Source: Phoronis australis (Eukaryota; Animalia; Phoronida). From it: a stretch of DNA of 64,000 bases. Under the pieces are notes generated by a model, which was not told the origin of the DNA, searched no databases, and worked only from the letters and a program-made list of their open reading frames with translations. Location: positions 624,625-688,624 of the forward strand of contig NMRA01000001.1 in NCBI GenBank assembly GCA_002633005.1. The letters are read 5' to 3'. The translations under genes and the position numbers were made by a program. This document shows, one piece after another, positions 58,201 to 64,000 of the stretch (position 1 is the stretch's first letter; every line of letters begins with the position of its first letter).

Positions 58201-60845
58201 ATCTATAATTCTGCGATCAAATTGTATTAAATAAGAGCTGGTACATATCCCTTACAACAAAAATAATCAACTGCATAAACGAGAGCGCTCGGAGGAGCGA
58301 CAGTTGGCGAAATTAACCGAAAAGACTACGATGGGGAGGACGACAATCATGACGTGAAGGCGGCGATTATGAACAACACGATAACATTCATGTGACTAGT
58401 GAAGAAATCAGTAAGAAATAGGCTGCTGTCTTGTTCACGCACCCGGTAAACTGACAACAGTGAGATAGTGCTCGGAGGAGCGACACTTGCCGAAATTAAC
58501 CGAAAAGACGATGATGGAGAGGACGATGACGACGATGATGACGATGAAGGCGGCGATTATGAACAACACGATAACATTCATGTGACTAGCGAAGAAATCA
58601 GTAAGAAATAGGCTGCAGTCTTGTCCACGCAACCGGTTTCTCGGACAGCAGACGACAGAGGTTGATAGCAAATGCCAGCCACCGGTTTGCATCAAAAGTA
58701 GGTAAAAACTTGGCTTTTCTCATTCAAAAACACAAGTAAATCAGTTTCCTGGCATTTGTTTTCAACAAATTCCTCGAACAACGAGCCATACACCCTGTAT
58801 ATGAATTGTAGGCTCTACAAAATGCCCCGTGGCCGCGGCCTGACTGTTCAGTGCCACCTACAATCTTGAGCGACAATAGGCGAAATGAACGACAATGATG
58901 ATTGTGATGATGAAGGTGGCGATTATGAGCAACACTATAACACTCATGTGACTAGAGAAGATGTGAAAAATCAGTAAATAGGCTACAGTCTTGAGCGACA
59001 CTTGGCGAACAGCAAAATCGGTCAACAAAGGAACAGCGTTTTCAGAAAATCTTGAATAATTCAAAAAGTAGACGTCCTAGCGATAAATTGAAAATATTTT
59101 CTGAAAGCCCGTTCAAAACTTTATCTAACCAGGTAGCTTTGCAAAATTACGTAAACTTTTAGAAAAAATTGAAATTTTGCGTTTTTTTAAATTCAAAGTT
59201 AAATAACTCAAAAACGGTAAGTCTGAGAAAAACTTTATCACAGAACTTTTGAAAGAGCATACTTCAAGGAATCCACAAGCAAAAATTCACGTTGTTTGCT
59301 CTTCCCGTTCAAAATGCGACTGTAGAACTATTGAAAATGGATGAAAATGCGCCAAAGCCGCCATCTTGAAAGTGACTTCCGGTTAAACAAAATTTTATAA
59401 TAGCCAATCATAAGAAACAAGCACGTGATGAGTTTGAAAATGATTGGTTTGCCAATGCGCCCTCTACAGGAGAAAATGTTTTCGGCCAGATATCGAGGTG
59501 CACATGCGCCACTGCCGATATTTCCGCCATCTCTTACCAGAAGTTAACGATTTACGGCGCAGTTGTAGCACTTGTGTGCTATAATAATTGTTACAAGTTT
59601 CAACCCTGTACGTCCAAAAATGCGACCTCCATGAGCATTTGAATCTGAAACCGGAAACAAAACGGCCACCACGTCCGCCATTTTGAATCCGATCATGACC
59701 AAAAACAATAGGCTTCCAAGACTTCCCAATCTACACGTCGTGTGCGAATTTCGTGGGAATCAGACAAAAAGTGCAACCTGTAGAGTGTGAACAAAAAAAA
59801 ACTTGACATCAGAGCAACATACTTGTCGGAATTCGAAGAATTCTGCAAAGTAATTAATATTTACAAAACTCCAGTTACCTCCTGCATGGCTGTTGGTTCA
59901 TCAGCCCTGGGCTCTCTGACCCCGGGGTCATCCTGTTGGTCGCTAGGTAACAGCTGTTCCAGTCGCTGCTGCAACTCCCTCTGAGCGGACAGGCACTCCT
60001 GCTGAGCCATGGCGGCCGGGGAACACCACATGTAGTGCGAGAGATTCTCGAGCATCTGAGAGACAACCTGAAAAATAGAGTCAATGATTAATAATTTAAT
60101 AGTTGACAAATGCTGTACGTTACCATGGTTTCAAAGTATACATCCACTTTAACTTGCCAAACTTTGATAACTTTGATCTCAGATCTTGATTTGCGCTTAG
60201 ACATGTCAAGATTTAGCGTCATTTAAAAACAATAAAAATCAAAGCTCACCAAACAGAAATTAGTGCGTTGAAAAAATAACAATTTTTCAGGTTAAGGACA
60301 TTTGGCACAAAACATAACAGCCAAAACAGTCAATTTTCTAAAGCTGACTACATTTCAATTTCACAAATTTAGGATACAATATGGCAGACAAGCGAAATTT
60401 CAATATGTCATTTTCCCAATAATGAAATGTTGCACCCAGTTTACACTTTTCCATGTTCAACCTCTGCACCATAACCAGCAATAGCATTCACAACAGTGTT
60501 AGAAGCCCTCGACAAATGAAAAAGGATTCTAAAGAAGTATTGTTAAGTTGCATTTGCACAGTACACGCTATGTTGAAAATAAAACAGAAATTTCTCAATT
60601 TACAGTGTTTTGTTGAAATAAAATGACTTAAACAAAAATTCCACTTATTTGCAGAATCATTGCTTTTCAAGTAAACAAGTGCTTCAATAGTGTCTAGTTC
60701 ATGGTTTTGTGAGCGATAAAAACAGAAAGTCTCTGTACCAAATGTGCATGATCCGAGTTCACTTTGGTGTCACAAGAGGGAAGCACTGTCTCCAGGAAAT
60801 GCAGGGCCAACAGCTGAGTTCGAAGACTACCAATCAAAAGGTCAT
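34143..60845 (-). CDS. HERC1: HERC1 giant HECT/RLD E3 ubiquitin ligase, internal multi-exon segment (SPRY to WD40). The 5' part lies outside the window or is unrecognised; the C-terminal RLD2/HECT part was not found.
   Basis: Exon translations are collinear with HERC1 as I recall it: LRTQLLALHFLETVLPSC; KENRGNEGTCVGVARWP...SDMWLYRAYSGNLYH; SPPPPAIARPLIEMGF; GYRSNGSYVDGWFGG; LANALAAC..SARLS..HRQWAA; GHDGTVRIWN. All traced junctions are GT-AG with consistent phases. Confidence 0.95.
35139..35524. mobile_element. Tc1/mariner-type MITE inserted into an older repeat
   Basis: Perfect inverted ends CCGGGATTTTCCGTAGATAAGCCCA / TGGGCTTATCTACGGAAAATCCCGG, with CA and TA flanks. Confidence 0.85.
35843..36046 (-). 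CDS. HERC1: HERC1 exon (WD40: GGRGHLDVQPCWVTTLAWP...LDHCSRIG)
   Basis: TTTCAG / GTAAGA, phase 1 to 1. Confidence 0.9.
36532..36749 (-). CDS. HERC1: HERC1 exon (WD40: GHDGTVRIWN...INIWASV)
   Basis: TTCCAG / GTGAGT, phase 2 to 1. Confidence 0.92.
37003..37303 (-). CDS. HERC1: HERC1 exon (LPNALAACVMSARLSGPHRQWAA...KLEAHTNRVTGCTWN)
   Basis: CATCAG / GTGAGT, phase 1 to 2. Confidence 0.92.
37585..37771 (-). CDS. HERC1: HERC1 exon (ELMSAAMGINV...SPNFTVTQALVSLL)
   Basis: CTGTAG / GTAATT, phase 0 to 1. Confidence 0.9.
38368..38625. repeat. 32-bp intronic minisatellite (~8 copies)
   Basis: Unit CCATGGACCAGACTCTGTGCCAGAGCCAGTCT. It explains the periodic ORFs in this interval. Confidence 0.95.
38930..39194 (-). 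CDS. HERC1: HERC1 exon (CSLPAALELIGLDDIKTLVRLM...KLLTHLCTQ)
   Basis: TTTCAG / GTAGAC, phase 2 to 0. Confidence 0.92.
39659..39836 (-). CDS. HERC1: HERC1 exon (TLGEQAALL...QVYLARSMVLRTLSLLSV); not in the ORF track
   Basis: Manual translation. GCACAG / GTAAGT, phase 1 to 2. Confidence 0.9.
40798..40980 (-). CDS. HERC1: HERC1 exon (LGLTERKPIPEPVAFSSPDPLG)
   Basis: TTGCAG / GTAACA, phase 1 to 1. Confidence 0.9.
41878..42099 (-). CDS. HERC1: HERC1 exon (QGYRSNGSYVDGWFGGKCGTGAPYYLLCTTC)
   Basis: TTACAG / GTAGGT, phase 1 to 1. Confidence 0.93.
42436..42544 (-). CDS. HERC1: HERC1 exon (AVTCELCGAQTFNFNKHMKRTHPGCG)
   Basis: Manual translation. TTTCAG / GTACAG, phase 0 to 1. Confidence 0.9.
42696..42908 (-). 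mobile_element. tRNA-derived SINE copy (same family as 5064-5302)
   Basis: The reverse complement shares GTGGCCTA..GAGGTCGTGGGTTCG.GTCCCACTG..CTTGAG.CAG..GGTTTTAAC..AGGTGATCAGTG..GGGCCCAC..CCAGACCGCCT with the first copy. Confidence 0.85.
43257..43423 (-). CDS. HERC1: HERC1 exon (acidic: LEEMDLDDDMLDDEMMEDVLM)
   Basis: TTGTAG / GTACGT, phase 1 to 0. Confidence 0.85.
44005..44156 (-). CDS. HERC1: HERC1 exon (SILEEMLLGMDEEEG...RSYLRP)
   Basis: ACACAG / GTGAGG, phase 2 to 1. Confidence 0.8.
44519..44768 (-). CDS. HERC1: HERC1 exon (end of UBA-like region: ISTLATWMIEHP)
   Basis: CACCAG / GTTTGA, phase 1 to 2. Confidence 0.88.
45092..45205 (-). CDS. HERC1: HERC1 exon (UBA-like: SPPPPAIARPLIEMGFPIQHIQKAITAT)
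   Basis: CTTCAG / GTGAGC, phase 1 to 1. Contains the MGF UBA motif. Confidence 0.92.
45628..45782 (-). CDS. HERC1: HERC1 exon (Pro/Ala-rich linker)
   Basis: TTCCAG / GTATGT, phase 2 to 1; open in the required frame. Confidence 0.8.
48167..48190 (-). CDS. HERC1: 24-nt HERC1 microexon ((R)RLLGGAA(R))
   Basis: Acceptor TCTTGCTTTTACGTTTCCCCAG, donor ACG|GTGAGT, phase 2 to 2, no stop codon. Confidence 0.65.
48281..48586. mobile_element. MITE-like element; related fragments at ~6.7 kb and ~27.5 kb
   Basis: Inverted ends AAGGCAATGTAGGACC / GGTCCTACATATTCCTT. The GAGGCTATCAAAA core recurs in reverse at ~6790 and ~27565. Confidence 0.55.
49729..49963 (-). CDS. HERC1: HERC1 exon (HIQRLLRDRD...poly-Asp...LRRSGTS)
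   Basis: TTCCAG / GTAAGT, phase 1 to 2. Confidence 0.85.
50448..51141 (-). CDS. HERC1: HERC1 exon (…LAALKSLNNLLGCSRYAEMFLVPK…LDELERAQSMLYK)
   Basis: TCTCAG / GTTTGT, phase 0 to 1. Confidence 0.92.
51418..51579 (-). CDS. HERC1: HERC1 exon (charged linker ESRVRKDSE...SSDSE)
   Basis: TGCCAG / GTGAGA, phase 0 to 0. Confidence 0.8.
51990..52170 (+). mobile_element. 5'-truncated copy of the tRNA-derived SINE
   Basis: TTGAGTCAGGTTTCTAGCTCCTTAGCTCGGTTTTAAC...AGGTGATCAGTGCAATGGGC matches the 5150-5300 body. Confidence 0.85.
52535..52730 (-). CDS. HERC1: HERC1 exon (DSPVCQLTPVEPVSFDAAKFSGL)
   Basis: GCTTAG / GTAAGG (two weaker in-frame GT donors nearby), phase 2 to 0. Confidence 0.85.
53123..53286 (-). 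CDS. HERC1: HERC1 exon (VWPALVVMGGLDSGLRMGGQCVHK...KVQWEDGE)
   Basis: TGGCAG / GTCAGT, phase 0 to 2. Confidence 0.92.
53644..53741 (-). CDS. HERC1: HERC1 exon (QEVALSVKEK...FDELCQQ)
   Basis: CTGCAG / GTGTAT, phase 1 to 0. Confidence 0.8.
54488..54740 (-). CDS. HERC1: HERC1 exon, duplicate copy B (VKITDMQVRG...LELDVANSD)
   Basis: ATTCAG / GTGGGT, phase 0 to 1. Confidence 0.8.
55180..55263 (-). CDS. HERC1: HERC1 SPRY exon, duplicate copy B (EPKIAFENIDATEVYPCVMFYSSNPGEK)
   Basis: TTGCAG / GTTTGT, phase 0 to 0. Confidence 0.8.
55782..56034 (-). CDS. HERC1: HERC1 exon, duplicate copy A (VKITDMQVRG...LEVDVANSD)
   Basis: ATTCAG / GTGGGT, phase 0 to 1. Confidence 0.8.
56471..56554 (-). CDS. HERC1: HERC1 SPRY exon, duplicate copy A
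   Basis: TTGCAG / GTTTGT, phase 0 to 0. Confidence 0.8.
57018..57257 (-). CDS. HERC1: HERC1 SPRY core exon (FLIVKENRGNEGTCVG...FGKNGE)
   Basis: TTACAG / GTAAAG, phase 0 to 0; strong SPRY motif. Confidence 0.95.
57539..57667 (-). CDS. HERC1: HERC1 exon (VSFDTEK...GSYQWK)
   Basis: CTTCAG / GTGAGT, phase 0 to 0. Confidence 0.92.
58285..59010. repeat. Composite repeat: three related ~150-180 bp units around a segment (58635-58858) that recurs inverted at ~63385-63620
   Basis: GAGCGACA...GAAGG(C/T)GGCGATTATGA...CATGTGACTAG...AATCAGTAA..ATAGGCT occurs three times. GCCCCGTGGCCGCGGCCTGACTGTTCAGT matches ACTGAACAGTTAGGCTGCGGCCACAGGGC in reverse. Confidence 0.8.
59879..60067 (-). CDS. HERC1: HERC1 exon (VVSQMLENLSHYMWCSP...TAMQE)
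   Basis: TTTCAG / GTAACT, phase 0 to 0. Confidence 0.88.
60739..60845 (-). CDS. HERC1: HERC1 exon (DLLIGSLRTQLLALHFLETVLPSC...)
   Basis: TTTCAG / GTACAG, phase 1 to 0. Confidence 0.88.
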
Positions 60846-61070
60846 CTGAAACAAGCAGAGACATAGAATTCACAATAGGAGACAACTGACCTCAAAATAT
60901 TTTCACCAAAAGGGGCACTAGGGAAGATAATCAACAGAGTATCGAAGCACCCAGCCATAAAGCCTTGCATCAACTATTACCAAAATATGTCCATTTTCAC
61001 AGCAATCAACAAACAGCAACTAAAGTAGCCAACAGGGGGCACTCATGCAGTCCAATTTGGCCAAAAATTA

Positions 61071-61300
61071 CGGTAAAGTCTCACCAATTTAGGACAAAAT
61101 ATGGAGGACAAGTGAAATTTTATGTTTTCATTTTTGCACCAAATAAATGCTATACCACTTTAAAGGTCTATGCTATAGCTACCTTCAGGCAATGTTTCCA
61201 GCAACTGTGGACATTCAAAACAATATTAGAAGTGTTTGAAAAATGAAAAAAGACCAATTTTGGCAATTATTTTTTGTCCGAAATTGGTGAGACTTTGCCA
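61071..61300. mobile_element. TA-flanked Tc1/mariner-type MITE; related pieces at ~13.5-13.9, 18.2, 41.1-41.4, 43.1 and 60.3 kb
   Basis: TA-CGGTAAAGTCTCACCAATTTAGGACAAAA ... TTTTGTCCGAAATTGGTGAGACTTTGCCA-TA. Confidence 0.75.
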
Positions 61301-61622
61301 TAAGTTATGAACGTGCATGCTGATAATATAATATATATTTGTGTCAAGTTCCATCAAAATCTGACAAGATCTCAAAAACAAAAATGACCAACAAGGGATG
61401 CCTCGATGGTCAAAAGTGCCCATAAATCTATTTGTGCCAATGCATGTCCGCCATAAACCCTAGCATCAAGTTTTATTAACATCTGTAGACAGACAATGAA
61501 AATCTTGTTGAAAACAAAAATCATCAATAATCAGTGATCCGTCAATTTCTGAGAAGCGACTCGAGATAATTAAGTTTGCTATCACTAAATAAAGTGATGT
61601 CATGCACACTCCCACATATGCG

Positions 61623-61652
61623 CAATACAATACAATACAATACAATACAATA
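61623..61652. repeat. (CAATA)n microsatellite
   Basis: Directly visible. Confidence 0.95.
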
Positions 61653-64000
61653 TCATGCACATTACTATACGTCAAGCTAAAATAACTTACAATACAACGC
61701 AAAAACCAAACTCAAAAGAACGATATCGGATACATGGGTCTAATTAATGTCCGCAGCATTGACCAACTAATTAATTAATTAATAAATAATTCCTCAGCAT
61801 TTGCACAACACCAATTGAAAAATGGTCAATTCTTGCTTTTTTCAAAGACTATTACATTGCTATCAATAAGAAAAATTTTCCACCCCATATAATTTTACAA
61901 CAAATGCGTATGCTGTATGAAACTATATATATCGTCCTCACTTAAATGCTTTTTGATGACAGATGGACAGTTTTCAAATAAGCAAGTAAAATTTGTTTTC
62001 TAACTTACTCTTATTGCCATTGAGTTCTAATTTGAAGAAAGTTTATTATAACTAAAACGTGATACTATCTTTCCTTCATTAGAAAAAAATACTATGTTCT
62101 AAAATAAGTGAGACTTTGCTGCATTTTCCTCAAAATCAGGAAACTAGAGTATGCTACACAGGTGAAGAACTAGTTGGCGTACAAGCAGTCATCGGGCTAG
62201 CCACAGACGGCCGTTGTTTGAGCAAGAATCAATAGCAATTATCTGATCAATCGCTGCATTGTAGATGTTAAAATTCTTATTCATTACAAGCTATCAACAG
62301 CACAGTTGAATTTTCCGGGTAGTTGAGACAATGCCTTTCATGACGGCAGACAAAACAAGCTAGACATATGAGTACAAAACAAAACTACCGTGGACACTGG
62401 ATACGACAAACATTTCCTGATACACAGATCTAAATCCAAGACTCGGGTAAGTCAAGAAAATGTTTCAGTTAAATTAAAATTACACATAAGTTATCAGTGG
62501 CAAGTTTCTGTAATAAGAATATCACCGATTGAATGTTATCCGAATAAACCAGAAAGATGTAGAAATGAACCACATTTTTAGGAATATATTAAATACTGCT
62601 TATGCATCTAGGATAATTTTTGAAAAATAACCTTCTTTATTCACCTGCGGAAACGGAAATTTTTTTGTCCATTTCTGATATCAGTAATTTGTGCTGCATA
62701 CTTCATCATCTCTAAAATTACTTAAGGTTATAGTTTTAAATTACAGAATAATTGCCTAAATCAGAACTTGAAAAAGATCGTTTCCAAACTTGCGATGTGT
62801 CAATGAATATGGATGAAAAAGACGAATATCTAATGCCCAAATATTCACATTAATTCTTTCAAGCAAGCTGTATAAATCAATGGACTTTAAAACAATGATA
62901 ATAGTCACAAAGAAAAGCATCTTTTCCACAAAAAGGGAGTATTAAGGAAATTTTCTTTTACCTTTTCTGAAGAGTTTCTCAGTCGGATGAATATCGAATT
63001 TCAAAACAGAATTTCTGGAGTGTACCTAAACATCTTTCACAGGATTTACAACAACATAACAAAGTGAAGACCCTTTTGAAATTTTATATTTTCAAAACTT
63101 GGTGAGAAGTCAGCCAATCAAACTCAAGTAATGGTCAAGATCACCAGTGTTAGGCTTGATGGCAGACGTGTTTGAAGCAGGCAACCATGCTGAGCAATTT
63201 TAGTGCATAGGGGAGCTGCCAAGTTTGAATGTGTACTATCGGCATGGTAACCATGGAACTGCGACAACATGTCACATAGCTACAAAATTTGAACAATTCA
63301 AAATTTCTAAACGTGAACATGTGCTTTATAAAAAAATGTTATTACCAGGACAACAATTTTGATAATGCGAAATGATTGTCATATGGCAACTGAACAGTTA
63401 GGCTGCGGCCACAGGGCATTTTCTAGTCCCTAGAATTTATGTAAATGGCGTGTGTCAGATTTCGTGGCTGTTTTGTGGAATGCATTGAAAATAATTTCAA
63501 GGAAACTGTTTGCTTGGGCTTTTGGTAGAAAAAAAACAATTTTTTTTAGCCATGACCCACTTTTAATGCAAAATGGTGGCTGTCGTTTGCTTTCCACCCC
63601 TGTTGCCTGCTGTCTGAGAAAGTGGGTGCGATTTCAGGTGCCCAAAAAATAGCTCTAGTAAGGTGCACACTATGACTTCATTTTTAAAATCTAGGGAGTA
63701 CAAGCATTCTGAATCTGTAGTCCGCTTTTTCTAGCACTTGCATAGAAGTGGTAATTTAGAGGAGAAATCTGTCAAATTTGGTGTTTTTAGGTAATATTTT
63801 TGTGAACCAGGATTTTTTTCCGATGTGAATTAACCGATTAAATATATGTGGCATAATTAAGTTTCAGTTGTCATGAGTAGTGCTTGTGAGTTGGGAATGC
63901 TACCAAACCTATCGTTTTCAGACTCTTGATAAGGACGTGAGGAAAGGCCTCATCTCTACTTCAGTGTGTGTCAGCAGCCAAAAACCTTTAATAACTGTAG

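Noticed and set aside
58435-59064. Hydrophobic minus-strand ORFs resembling membrane proteins
   Set aside because: They are antisense readings of GAT/GAC-rich repeat units.
60900-64000. Further upstream HERC1 exons
   Set aside because: GC-richer patches at ~62.2 and ~63.2 kb gave no convincing in-phase translation resembling the expected upstream HERC1 sequence.

Overview
This is AT-rich, repeat-rich animal genomic DNA, probably from an invertebrate bilaterian, taken from a scaffolded assembly (N-gap at 29119-29363, single N at 20740 and 55448). It is not prokaryotic: no operons, CRISPR arrays or rRNA are seen. The right half (about 34.1-60.8 kb, minus strand) holds the middle of a multi-exon HERC1 giant E3 ligase gene. 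I traced 28 exons by hand with consistent GT-AG splice phases, covering the SPRY domain, the UBA-like motif, a Cys/His-rich module and the first WD40 repeats. These include a 24-nt frame-preserving microexon, and two exons occur twice in a ~1.24 kb tandem duplication. The expected downstream WD40, RLD2 and HECT exons could not be found in the remaining 34 kb. The left half holds a class A peptide-type GPCR with an intronless CDS (+ strand, 24025-25368) that has EQY in place of the DRY/ERY motif, plus candidate upstream non-coding exons. Promoter-like motif clusters flank the gap. tRNA-derived SINEs, several MITE families, a HINE/DINE-like element, a LINE 3' remnant and minisatellites are scattered throughout. 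Protein comparisons come from my recollection of the families, not from a database search.
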